NCBI GenBank assembly: GCA_041736805.1
Contig: JBGSSW010000016.1
Coordinates: forward strand, 130,526 to 194,525
DNA length: 64,000 bases
DNA from: Minisyncoccia bacterium
GTDB taxonomy: Bacteria; Patescibacteriota; Minisyncoccia; Phycocordibacterales; UBA918
Direction: 5' to 3'
Shown piece after piece: positions 36,741 to 45,526 of the stretch (within the stretch, counting starts at the first letter, position 1; every line of letters begins with the position of its first letter). The notes below the pieces were generated by a model, which was given only the letters and a program-made list of their open reading frames with translations, ran no database searches and was not told the origin of the DNA. The position numbers were made by a program, and so were the translations under genes.

Positions 36741-37883
36741 TTACTCAGTAATAATTTCTGGTAAAACTTCCAGTAAAAAATTACCGTCCTTAACAAATAT
36801 ACTTCCACTATAGACTATAGTTTGCAAATCTCTTCCTGGATATAAAAGTTGTACATTCTGCCAAGCACGATCATCTATTTCTACCACATAAAGTCCGTCT
36901 TCAAGTGTCATCAACACTAAGTCTTGGTTATCTGGAAAGAAATCAAATCCTCGCACCGTCTGCCATTTTCGATCAATCCTTATTTCAGTACGACATTCTT
37001 GTTCACTATCCGAAACTTCACTGATAGTATCCTGAAATAATAATTCTTCTTCTACTGCCCCAGCCAAAGTCCCAGTCATAACCGCCGCGGTCTGGTTGCT
37101 AGCAGTTGCTAACTGACTAGTACAGAAATAGTGAGGTATCTGCTTCCCAATACCAATAGCCCCAACAAACACTTCATCACCATTTTGATATAAAGTTAAA
37201 TTATCTCTGGTTATGGTTGTGGTAGCCAACTCCTCGCTTGAGGTTGAACTAGTTGTAGAGAAACTAAACATTTCTCTTTCTTTTTTTAACTTAGCAGTAG
37301 TCGAAGCTTTGGCTAAAAATAAATCTGTAATTAAGTCGTACTCTGGATTTTCACGGTAGGTTGAAGTTGCTTTTGTTGTAGTTAGAAAGAATGGTACTGA
37401 GCTAGAAGCAAAGTCCAATATCGAAGCGTTGGTAGTACTAGCTACCACGAAGACAGCCTCTCCGGTTATCTTCTGATATTCAGTTACTGGTCTAATCTGT
37501 GGCACTAGCGGTAAATTAAAAGCTTCAGCCTCTGTCACGATATGTCGCTGAATTACTAAATTTTTTACCCAAGTATTCCGACCAGGTGTCTGAACGTGAA
37601 CGCGATGCAAACTAGGTTGTAGACCTTGAATATAATAAGCTTTCCTGAAAACTCTAGCGTTTGTCACCTCTAACTCATCTATAAAAATTTTGCTGTCAAT
37701 CGCTTCAGCGGCAATATAAAGACCGCCAGTAGCGGTAATAGACGGCTGGTCTGAGAAAAAATTATACCGGTAACCAGTAGCATAGAAAATAAAGGCTGGC
37801 AGGCTTAATAAAAAAGCTACTAATAATAAGAAGAAAATTAGTCTTCTTTGCCACCTAGCTAATGGTTCTACAATGGGTTTCAT
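36741..37883 (-). CDS. Membrane-anchored (N-terminal TM) hypothetical extracytoplasmic protein, 380 aa.
   Basis: MKPIVEPLARWQRRLIFFLLLVAFLLSLPAFIFYATGY... with a Ser/Thr-rich middle. It is separated by 14 nt from the GT2 gene and by 11 nt from pheS. Confidence 0.5.
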   Translation of the reverse strand: MKPIVEPLARWQRRLIFFLLLVAFLLSLPAFIFYATGYRYNFFSDQPSITATGGLYIAAEAIDSKIFIDELEVTNARVFRKAYYIQGLQPSLHRVHVQTPGRNTWVKNLVIQRHIVTEAEAFNLPLVPQIRPVTEYQKITGEAVFVVASTTNASILDFASSSVPFFLTTTKATSTYRENPEYDLITDLFLAKASTTAKLKKEREMFSFSTTSSTSSEELATTTITRDNLTLYQNGDEVFVGAIGIGKQIPHYFCTSQLATASNQTAAVMTGTLAGAVEEELLFQDTISEVSDSEQECRTEIRIDRKWQTVRGFDFFPDNQDLVLMTLEDGLYVVEIDDRAWQNVQLLYPGRDLQTIVYSGSIFVKDGNFLLEVLPEIITE

Positions 37884-37897
37884 ACTTACAATAATTA

Positions 37898-39460
37898 TTA
37901 TACGCTACGCGTTTTTGGAGTTACCCAAAATCCCATATACTTTCCAAACATTAATCTTGTCTGGGCATCAATTCCTGGAATGGCACTAAAAATAATCATC
38001 GTGGCCGGAACCATAATCCACTGCAAGGCCATCACCAAATATCTGAACCGACTAGCATTTTGTGGCCGAGGCGGAATAAGGGTCAAAGATATTACTGAAG
38101 AAATTACCAAACCAAACATCGCCAATATCAATAAATCTCTTACCACAATCGGCAAGTTGTATGACAGGACTGTCTGGTGAAATTCTTGGCCACCAAGGAA
38201 AATTGGGGCCCAGCCCAAAATGAAGAGCATGATTGGGTTTGTTACCAAGGACCAGTAGCCTTCCGCTTGCTGCAAGGCCACTTTAATTCTTTTCTTTAGT
38301 GGGATGTTCTTATTTTGAGTAAAGTGATAAAGAATGTAACAGAGGTTTTCCACGCCGTAAGTCCAGCGGCGATGTTGTTTATATATTTGGCCAATGGTTT
38401 TCCACAAACTTGATGAGGCGTTGGCGTCCATGGATACAGGATAAGACAAAGGTACGACATTGTAATTACCATTATTGGCCACGAGGAGATTCCAAAAAAT
38501 TCTTGAGTCTTCGCTCACCATATTGGACTGCCAATAACCCACCTCATACAAAGCTTGAAAACTAACTGAGTGGGAAGAAAAGGTGGCCATTCGCTCCGGT
38601 CGTTCCTGCTGCACCATTTCCCAGAAAGTACTACTCATCGCCACAACCCTAGAAATAGCTGGGGCTTCCCAAATATTGTTATTAAAAATTGGTATTGGTT
38701 GAAAAGAACTTTTCAGGGGGTTTTCAGCCGTCATAAAATGCCAAATCAAGCAATTAAAATAATCAGGATAAAGAACAGTATCAATATCAAAAATCGAGAC
38801 AATGGTCTCATCGTAACGGAGTTTATTTTCATCAATAACTTTTACTCTAACTTGTTCGGCAGCGTAAGAAGCATTTGATCCCTTACCGGCCATTTCCCCT
38901 GGAACATCTTGTGGGTGAACGGTGTTTAAAAAGAAGCCAAAATTACTTCCGTACTTTGCTTTCATTTCCTCGCCAATTTCTCTAGCGTGTTCACCGGCCC
39001 GACCTTCTCCCGCTAAAACGATGATGATTTTTTTCTTATCATAATTAACTTTTGATAAAGCTTGTAAACTGGCTTCAATAACTGCAGCTGGTTCTTTATA
39101 AAATGGCAAAATAACCACATGGTGAAAAGACTTATAATCAAAGCGAAGAATCATTTTTTGCCAATCAAGTGACATGTGATGTCTTAGCCTTTTCCAGTTA
39201 TACCTTAAGTGATAAGACAAAAAAGCTGTCTTTAGGACCCAGTATAAAGCAAAAGCAATGACAAAATAAGCAGCAATAAATGGGGCATAGATAGATAAAA
39301 GTACTACCCCAATAAGCGTAGTCCAAGAAGCCAGGCCTGGTGCAATTTCAAGTAAACGGTAAAAAAGACGCCTTTTACCAGATAGTTCAGTTGCTCTACC
39401 AACATGAAAATCTGATCTCTTAGCGTACGGCAGCAGATGTGACTGTTCAGGAATACTCAT
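37898..39460 (-). CDS. Integral-membrane family-2 glycosyltransferase (processive beta-glycan synthase type, with DxD and QxxRW motifs).
   Basis: N-terminal TM pair, ILPFYKEP, IIIVLAGEG, DIDTVLYPDY, KQHRRWTYG (QxxRW), and C-terminal TM helices. Confidence 0.75.
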   Translation of the reverse strand: MSIPEQSHLLPYAKRSDFHVGRATELSGKRRLFYRLLEIAPGLASWTTLIGVVLLSIYAPFIAAYFVIAFALYWVLKTAFLSYHLRYNWKRLRHHMSLDWQKMILRFDYKSFHHVVILPFYKEPAAVIEASLQALSKVNYDKKKIIIVLAGEGRAGEHAREIGEEMKAKYGSNFGFFLNTVHPQDVPGEMAGKGSNASYAAEQVRVKVIDENKLRYDETIVSIFDIDTVLYPDYFNCLIWHFMTAENPLKSSFQPIPIFNNNIWEAPAISRVVAMSSTFWEMVQQERPERMATFSSHSVSFQALYEVGYWQSNMVSEDSRIFWNLLVANNGNYNVVPLSYPVSMDANASSSLWKTIGQIYKQHRRWTYGVENLCYILYHFTQNKNIPLKKRIKVALQQAEGYWSLVTNPIMLFILGWAPIFLGGQEFHQTVLSYNLPIVVRDLLILAMFGLVISSVISLTLIPPRPQNASRFRYLVMALQWIMVPATMIIFSAIPGIDAQTRLMFGKYMGFWVTPKTRSV

Positions 39461-39637
39461 AAAAATATTCGTGAGTATATACTAAAAATGGCTGTAAATA
39501 AAGGCCAAGTACCATAAAAGGGTTATCTTTAGGGGTTATTTAATAAAATTGAAATATAAAGAGAAGCCATCTGTATGGCAAGCATACAGATTGGCCTCAC
39601 TCGATCATAAGTACGCTTAAGCTAAGGCTGAAGCTAG

Positions 39638-39690
39638 ACAGAAAATGACCAAAAGAAAGCTAGCTTTCTTTTGGTCATTTTCTGTATGTC
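39638..39690. repeat. Perfect 24-bp-arm palindrome downstream of the tRNA locus (likely tRNA terminator / processing hairpin).
   Basis: acagaaaatgaccaaaagaaagctagctttcttttggtcattttctgt. A second hairpin lies at 39556-39600. Confidence 0.5.
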
Positions 39691-39730
39691 TTCTCTCGTT
39701 ATCACTCGCGACTTACGACCCTTGTGTCGG

Positions 39731-39802
39731 AGCCATCTGTCAGGTTCGAACTGACGACCTACGGTTTACAAAACCGTTGCTCTACCAACTGAGCTAAGAT
39801 GG
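39731..39802 (-). tRNA. tRNA-Thr (anticodon UGU), no encoded CCA.
   Basis: Minus-strand read GCCATCT TA GCTC AGTTGGTA GAGC A ACGGT TTTGTAA ACCGT AGGTC GTCAG TTCGAAC CTGAC AGATGGC T. The cloverleaf is canonical, with anticodon loop UUUGUAA. Confidence 0.8.
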
Positions 39803-39845
39803 CAATACTTCCCTTTGTGGTTCAACCAATTTTATCTAGTTAGAT

Positions 39846-39909
39846 AGTTTTGTAAATGTTTACAAACCGTTCGACCGTCTCCCAGACTGTCTCACCTCTA
39901 CCAACTGAG
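39846..39909 (-). pseudogene. tRNA-like fragment: a 5' half (acceptor + D-arm) similar to the adjacent tRNA-Thr, followed by non-tRNA sequence. It is preceded by the same about 17-nt leader (aaagggaagtaaTGCC).
   Basis: GCCGTCGATGCTCAGTTGGTAGAGG then diverges. No complementary 3' acceptor strand or T-arm was found. Confidence 0.35.
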
Positions 39910-40016
39910 CATCGACGGCATTACTTCCCTTTGCACTATCTTTGTCTTCTACTTCCGCGCCTGCTATTATGCCGGTTTTGAAAAAAATCGCAACTTTTTT
40001 ATCCAAAATTCTATCT

Positions 40017-40457
40017 TTATCCTCGCTCTAATTTTTTCTTGAGTAATTTCTTTTTTTGCGCCTCACTTAACGCTACGGAAGCTTTATGTTCTGCCACCTG
40101 ACTAAAATGTCCTCCGCTCTTAAAGAAAGAATTTTTTTCTAACTTAATTGCCCTTGCCCTATCTCTATTTCTTAAAAAGATTGTTTCTATTAAGTCGTAA
40201 GACTTAATCAGGGCCGTTAATATCAATCGTAGAGCTTTGTGAATACCGTAATACCAAGAAAGCTTTATAATATGTCGGCCTAAGTAGGTTAGTTTAGAAA
40301 ATAGAAAGTTAGAAACCCTTTCAATTAATCTGTCTAAAACACTCCTGACTCCAGATAATAAAAATCTAGACTCTCGGCTCTCCTCTCGGTAGATAAAATA
40401 GGCAAAAAAAGTAAATAGACTTAGGCTCAGAAGAAATACTGGTCCAATACCAAGCAT
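40017..40457 (-). CDS. Small hypothetical membrane protein (146 aa), located 6 nt downstream of tsf.
   Basis: N-terminal TM (IGPVFLLSLSLFTFFAYFIY) and a basic C-terminus. Confidence 0.4.
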   Translation of the reverse strand: MLGIGPVFLLSLSLFTFFAYFIYREESRESRFLLSGVRSVLDRLIERVSNFLFSKLTYLGRHIIKLSWYYGIHKALRLILTALIKSYDLIETIFLRNRDRARAIKLEKNSFFKSGGHFSQVAEHKASVALSEAQKKKLLKKKLERG

Positions 40458-40463
40458 ATCTGA

Positions 40464-41048
40464 TTACTTTACTGAAAGACGTGAAATTTGGGCAATTGAA
40501 ATATTCTCTCCAAATTTTTGCACGGCCCCAGATACCATTTCACTAATAGTCATATCGGGGTTTTTAATGAAAGGTTGCTCCATCAAGATTTGTTCCTTAA
40601 AGTAAGAAGCCATTTTCCCTTCCAAGATTTTTGCCTGCATTTCTACAGGCTTACCTTCTACCTCGGTAGCAAAAACTTCCTCAGCCTTCTTCAAAGCCTC
40701 AGCGGGAACTTGGTCTTTATCTACATAGGTAGGATTAGTCGCCGCCACTTGCATAGCTATCTCCTTTGCTAAAGCCACAAACTCTTGATTTTTGGAAACA
40801 AAGTCTGTTTCACAAGCCAACATTACAAAAGCTGCTACTTCATTTGTATTGTGCACATAGGCTCCAATGGCCCCCGCTCCTAATTCACGGTCAGATTTTT
40901 TGTCCGCTGCTTCACTACGCTTTTTTTTCAAAATAATAACTGCCTTATCCATATCACCCTCAGCTTCTTCTAAAGCTCGCTTACACTGCATGACTGAAAT
41001 ACCTGTCTTGTCGCGGAGTTCCTTTATTTGGACTGATGTAATTTCCAT
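40464..41048 (-). CDS. tsf: Elongation factor Ts (short 194-aa form).
   Basis: MEITSVQIKELRDKTGISVMQCKRALEEAEGDMDKAVIIL (UBA-like N-terminus) plus the dimerisation core. Confidence 0.9.
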   Translation of the reverse strand: MEITSVQIKELRDKTGISVMQCKRALEEAEGDMDKAVIILKKKRSEAADKKSDRELGAGAIGAYVHNTNEVAAFVMLACETDFVSKNQEFVALAKEIAMQVAATNPTYVDKDQVPAEALKKAEEVFATEVEGKPVEMQAKILEGKMASYFKEQILMEQPFIKNPDMTISEMVSGAVQKFGENISIAQISRLSVK

Positions 41049-41129
41049 AATTGATGATGTTGATTATTTTTAGATAGAACAATATTTGGTTAGGTCAGCC
41101 ATCCTTAGCTCTAGTTCAGTAAAAACTGC

Positions 41130-41891
41130 TTATGCTCGAGCTACTGGTCTAGGTCGAACTTCTGTCTTAGGAGCAACTGGTTTAGCAACATAAGCTTCTT
41201 TACCTTCTAAAATCGAAGCCACTAGCTCGTCAAGTACCAGTTTAACACTTGCTTGGAGAGCATCATTTACTAATACTGGATAAGCGACTTCAGCCACATC
41301 GCAGTCTGAACTCATAATACCGATAATTGGTACCCGCATCTGTAGCGCTTCCTTCACTGCAATTGAATCATGTCGTGGGTCAACTACCACCATGAAATCT
41401 GGAGTCTTGGTAATTTTTCTGATACCAGAAAAATTATTTTCTAGTTTTGTTAGTTCGCGTGACAAAAGTAGTCTTTCTTTCTTTGTATACTTTCGCTCTA
41501 GTTCACCTGACTCTTGCTCTCGAACCAACTCTTCCATCCGCATAATCCGCTTTTTAATCTCAGGAAGATTTGTCATCATTCCACCAATCCAGCGATTTAC
41601 CACATATGGCATTTCAACTTTTGCAGCAGCAGCTTTGACACAAACAATGACCTCACTTTTTGTTCCTACAAAAAGAATATTCTTACCGTTCATAGCCGCT
41701 TCTTTCAAGACAGCCTTAGCATTAGCAATAAGCTCATTGGTTTGTTCGAGGTTAAAGATATCGTTGCCGTCTTTTGTTCCAAACAAAAAAGGCGTAACAG
41801 TTGGATGACGTCGGCTTTTTTTAAAGCCGAAGTGTGCACCTGCACCAAAAAGGCGCTCGATGAGTGATTGGTTGTTAGTTTGTGTTGACAT
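41130..41891 (-). CDS. rpsB: 30S ribosomal protein S2.
   Basis: Start MSTQTNNQSLIERLFGAGAHFGFKKSRRHPTVTPFLFGTKDGNDIFNLEQT... (the upstream in-frame extension of the ORF is unlikely to be used). Confidence 0.9.
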   Translation of the reverse strand: MSTQTNNQSLIERLFGAGAHFGFKKSRRHPTVTPFLFGTKDGNDIFNLEQTNELIANAKAVLKEAAMNGKNILFVGTKSEVIVCVKAAAAKVEMPYVVNRWIGGMMTNLPEIKKRIMRMEELVREQESGELERKYTKKERLLLSRELTKLENNFSGIRKITKTPDFMVVVDPRHDSIAVKEALQMRVPIIGIMSSDCDVAEVAYPVLVNDALQASVKLVLDELVASILEGKEAYVAKPVAPKTEVRPRPVARA

Positions 41892-41955
41892 AATTAATAC
41901 TAAGCAAAAAAGCGCACTGCGCTTAAGCCTCGAGAGCTTATCATATATGAAAAAC

Positions 41956-42939
41956 CTACGCAACTATCTCCCCTTCTCCTGAAGCGGCTTTTTCTAGGGC
42001 TTCAATGACAGCTTCTAGCTGACCTCCCATAATTCCTTCAATATTATGCCAAGACACTTTTATTCGATGGTCAGTAATACGGTTTTGAGGGAAATTGTAA
42101 GTTCTAATTTTTTCTGACCTGTCACCGGTTCCAATCTGGTTTTTTCTGACTGAAGCGTGTTTTTTGGCTTCAGCTTCCTCATGGGCAGCTTCCAACTTAG
42201 CCACCAAAATATTCATAGCCTTTTCACGGTTTTTTAGCTGTGAACGTTCTGTCTGACTACGAACCTCAATTCCGGTTGGTTTATGGACCAGGCGTACAGC
42301 AGTCTCAACCTTGTTGACATTTTGTCCTCCCGCTCCCCCAGAACGAGAAAATTCCATTTCAATGTCACTAGGATTTATTTCAATGGTTGGTTTTTTTCGA
42401 AGTGGCAAAATAGCGACTGAGGCAGTTGAGGTGTGAATCCGGCCAGCTTTTTCGGTTAAAGGAATGCGCTGTACACGGTGTACCCCCGTCTCAAAACGTA
42501 AGTCGTTATAAACCTTCGGGTTAATTATTTCAAAAATAGCTTCTTTATAACCTCCTGCCGTACCCGAAGACTCACTCTCTGTACTATAAGTCCAACCTTT
42601 AAGGGTAACGTACTGTAGGTACATTTGCGCTAATTCTTCAGCAAATAGAGCTGCCTCATCTCCCCCGGCTCCCGCTCTTACTTCGAGGACCACCCCGTAA
42701 GGCATCTCATCCTCTACTTTGGAGGCTTGAGCAATGCGCTGCAACTCTTCCCATAGAGCCATTTGTTGTATTTCTAAACCGGCCACTTCATCGGCTGCTA
42801 GTTCAGCCATCTCAGGGTCTTCAGCTGCCATTTCTTTAGCCGCGGCTATTTTGTTTCTTACCTCGTCAAATTGGCTCGCGGTAAATTGCGTTTTATGATT
42901 TTCTTTAAATGCTTGAATTTCTTCTTCGTTGTATTCCAT
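41956..42939 (-). CDS. prfA: Peptide chain release factor 1.
   Basis: [28 protein letters not shown] (RF1-type PxT codon-recognition region) and [18 protein letters not shown] (GGQ). Confidence 0.85.
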   Translation of the reverse strand: MEYNEEEIQAFKENHKTQFTASQFDEVRNKIAAAKEMAAEDPEMAELAADEVAGLEIQQMALWEELQRIAQASKVEDEMPYGVVLEVRAGAGGDEAALFAEELAQMYLQYVTLKGWTYSTESESSGTAGGYKEAIFEIINPKVYNDLRFETGVHRVQRIPLTEKAGRIHTSTASVAILPLRKKPTIEINPSDIEMEFSRSGGAGGQNVNKVETAVRLVHKPTGIEVRSQTERSQLKNREKAMNILVAKLEAAHEEAEAKKHASVRKNQIGTGDRSEKIRTYNFPQNRITDHRIKVSWHNIEGIMGGQLEAVIEALEKAASGEGEIVA

Positions 42940-42968
42940 AGATTTTTATAGTGTACACCAAAAACACA

Positions 42969-43008
42969 AAAGACCGCCCTTACTTAAAAGTAAGGGCGGT
43001 CTTTTTAC
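42969..43008. terminator. Bidirectional terminator between rpmE and prfA.
   Basis: aagaccgcccttactt aaaa gtaagggcggtctt + ttt. Confidence 0.65.
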
Positions 43009-43278
43009 TTAACGCTTCTTCTTTCTCTCTCCAGCTAAAGCGGCTCGATTCTTGAAACGCTCTACCCGTCCGGCTGTGTCCATCACCTTCTCTTGTCCAG
43101 TATAAAATGGATGTGAAGCACTAGAAACATCAACAGCTGCCAGTGGATACTCATTACCATCTGTCCACTTATCTTTCTCTGTAGTATTTATAGTTGAACC
43201 GATTAAAAAACGCTCTCCGCTAGAGTTGTCCTTGAAGATTACCAATCTATAATTTTTTGGGTGAATATCAGCTTTCAT
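43009..43278 (-). CDS. rpmE: 50S ribosomal protein L31 (non-zinc, type B-like).
   Basis: MKADIHPKNYRLVIFKDNSSGERFLIGST...SASHPFYTGQEKVMDTAGRVERF. Confidence 0.9.
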   Translation of the reverse strand: MKADIHPKNYRLVIFKDNSSGERFLIGSTINTTEKDKWTDGNEYPLAAVDVSSASHPFYTGQEKVMDTAGRVERFKNRAALAGERKKKR

Positions 43279-43361
43279 ATGTACGCGACACTATAACAAA
43301 TATCTATATTTTAGCAACTCATTTACTTAGCTATGCTTGGCTGCAGCCTCGATAACCATTA

Positions 43362-44726
43362 TTATAAAGCACTAATTACCTTAATGTCTCCATCTAGACG
43401 AGCCTTACGATTCATTACCTGGTCACCATAAAAAGCATTAGCAGGATTACTAGCTCCACCCCAGCCGGCATAATAGCGTAAAGCCGCCCTTCGATTATTG
43501 GCGTATGTCCCATCGGCTCCATTGTCACGTAACAGCAAAGCTGTAGCTATAAAGGCATCTTGGTTATTAAATGGATTAGCAGCTGCCCCACCATTTATAC
43601 GACGAATTGCGTCATCGTTTTGACTGTACGTCCAACCACTACCATTATTTACAATACCACCATAAATGGCCCAAGTGGATGGAATAAACTGAGATGGCCC
43701 CATTGCCCCACCCCAGCCATAACGCTCACCATTTGAAGTGATTGGGCAAGATACCTGTTTGGTTCTTGGTTCAAAACCTTGAATTTTGGAGATCGCGACA
43801 AAGATAGGAGCATCTCGGTCTGGGTGCATAACTTCTTTGCCTCCCCGCAAATCATTATAAATACACGAACCCAGGTTTGACCCCAAGTTTGTTTCTTGTT
43901 CCAAAATAGCCAAAATCATCCCGGCTTCTACACCAGTTTGCCTAGAGGCATACTTTGCTAACTCAACCGCTTGCGGAAAAGGAATACCTCCCCCACCTCC
44001 TAGAAGTTGGAAAAGTGCATTACGAAGTTGAGCGGCTGTCTTTTGCTGCGATTCAAGTAATTGTTGATAAGCTTTTTCTTCTCCTTTAGTCACAGTCAAG
44101 ATTTGAGCTTTTTCCTTTTCCTTTCTTTCAATCCCCTTTTTTTCTAACTCTTGAATTCTTTTCATCTCCGCTTCAGTTTCTTGTTTTGAGGCTAGTTGGT
44201 CTTTTTGGTTTAAGGTATCTCTTTGAATAGAATGTAAACCCGTCAAGGAATCATTGAGAGATTCTTTTAATGAGTTAAAGATAGCCACATCGGTGAAGAA
44301 CTCTGAAAAACTCTGTCGGCTAAGCATTACTTCTACTAGTGAGTAATCATTTATTAAAGCCGACTTGCGCACCAAATCTGCCAGTGCTTCACGTTGACTC
44401 TTCAGCTTATCCTCTAGAATTGATAACACTGTCTCTTTTTCACCAATCTGGTCAGTCAGTTGTATAATAGCTACTGAACGTGCCTGAATCCCTAGCTGCG
44501 CCTGTTTGATTTGTCCTTCAATCAAAGAAACGTCACGTTCCAAAGACTGCCTCTCTAACTGCTTATCTTCCACCAACCTACTTTGAGTTAAAATCTGTCT
44601 TTCAACTACTTGTAATTCTGCTTCTAGCCTACTCCTTCTTTCAGTTTCGGTTTCGGCGTGAACAAGTAAAATAGGTAAAAAAAGCAACAAAAAATAGGAG
44701 CTCTTTTTAAAAACTTTCATCATCAC
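43362..44726 (-). CDS. Secreted coiled-coil protein with a C-terminal lytic-transglycosylase-like (SLT) domain.
   Basis: Signal peptide, about 230 aa of heptad-rich sequence, a Gly5 linker, then ILAILEQETNLGS (the E-S/T catalytic region) and GAMGPSQFIPSTW (G.MQ..P.T-like), AYNAG-like RYYAGWGG. Confidence 0.55.
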   Translation of the reverse strand: MMMKVFKKSSYFLLLFLPILLVHAETETERRSRLEAELQVVERQILTQSRLVEDKQLERQSLERDVSLIEGQIKQAQLGIQARSVAIIQLTDQIGEKETVLSILEDKLKSQREALADLVRKSALINDYSLVEVMLSRQSFSEFFTDVAIFNSLKESLNDSLTGLHSIQRDTLNQKDQLASKQETEAEMKRIQELEKKGIERKEKEKAQILTVTKGEEKAYQQLLESQQKTAAQLRNALFQLLGGGGGIPFPQAVELAKYASRQTGVEAGMILAILEQETNLGSNLGSCIYNDLRGGKEVMHPDRDAPIFVAISKIQGFEPRTKQVSCPITSNGERYGWGGAMGPSQFIPSTWAIYGGIVNNGSGWTYSQNDDAIRRINGGAAANPFNNQDAFIATALLLRDNGADGTYANNRRAALRYYAGWGGASNPANAFYGDQVMNRKARLDGDIKVISAL

Positions 44727-44752
44727 AGTAGTATAACAAACTTTTAGATAAA

Positions 44753-44790
44753 CAAGAGGGCTGTGACTTATTGAGTCACAGCCCTCTTGT
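44753..44790 (-). terminator. Terminator downstream of rplY.
   Basis: caagagggctgtgact tattg agtcacagccctcttg. Confidence 0.6.
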
Positions 44791-44808
44791 TATTACTATA
44801 GATTTAAC

Positions 44809-45438
44809 CTACTCTGCAGCCACTTCATCTTCCTTACCCTTCTTTTCGACCGGAACGTCGGCTGCGGCTACTGTCTCAACTTCCTGTTCAACTTCTTCAG
44901 CGATAATTTCCGCTACAGCCACCACGTCATTTGCATCTTGCATAATTTTAACTCCTTTGGGACAAACTATATCTGAGATATGAATTTTATCCTCTGCAAG
45001 AGCAAGGGTGCTTAAATCTACCTCAATAAACGGCGGTAAGTTGCTTGGATTACAAACAATACTAACCTCATGAAGCACTTTATTAATCACAGCACCAAGC
45101 TTTTCTGCCGGAGCGACGTTTACAAAGTGAAGCTGGACATCTGTATTCATTTCCTTACCCATCTCCAGCGCGTAGAAATCAACATGAATAATCCCTCCCT
45201 TAATGGGAGCAAAGACCACTTCCTTGACCAATACCTGTACTGGTTCTTTGAGTCCTTGTAGTTCAATAATAGTTGACTCCCCGGCTGTTTTAAAAGTTTT
45301 TTCAAATACTTTTCGATCTAATCGGATTGGTGTCGTTGGAAACTTCGGACCATAGACCACCGCTGATATCCCTTCGGCTGATTTAATTTTAGCTCCCTCT
45401 CCCTTGATTCTTGGCTCAACTGGCAATATTACTGTCAT
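44809..45438 (-). CDS. rplY: 50S ribosomal protein L25 / general stress protein Ctc with an acidic C-terminal tail.
   Basis: Start MTVILPVEPRIKGEGAKIKSAEGISAVVYGPK...IRLDRKVF...VLVKEVVFAPIKGGIIHVDFYAL. Confidence 0.85.
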   Translation of the reverse strand: MTVILPVEPRIKGEGAKIKSAEGISAVVYGPKFPTTPIRLDRKVFEKTFKTAGESTIIELQGLKEPVQVLVKEVVFAPIKGGIIHVDFYALEMGKEMNTDVQLHFVNVAPAEKLGAVINKVLHEVSIVCNPSNLPPFIEVDLSTLALAEDKIHISDIVCPKGVKIMQDANDVVAVAEIIAEEVEQEVETVAAADVPVEKKGKEDEVAAE

Positions 45439-45526
45439 ATATTTAAACGATATCACAAATATCTTTTCCGCACTACTCCCCACAACTAAAGGATTGATTC
45501 AACTGACAGTGTTACAATCTAATTAT

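Noticed and set aside
39846-39930. A complete second tRNA gene upstream of tRNA-Thr
   Set aside because: Only the acceptor 5' strand and D-arm fold. No complementary 3' acceptor strand or T-arm (GTTCGA-type) is present, so it is reported as a fragment/pseudo-tRNA instead.
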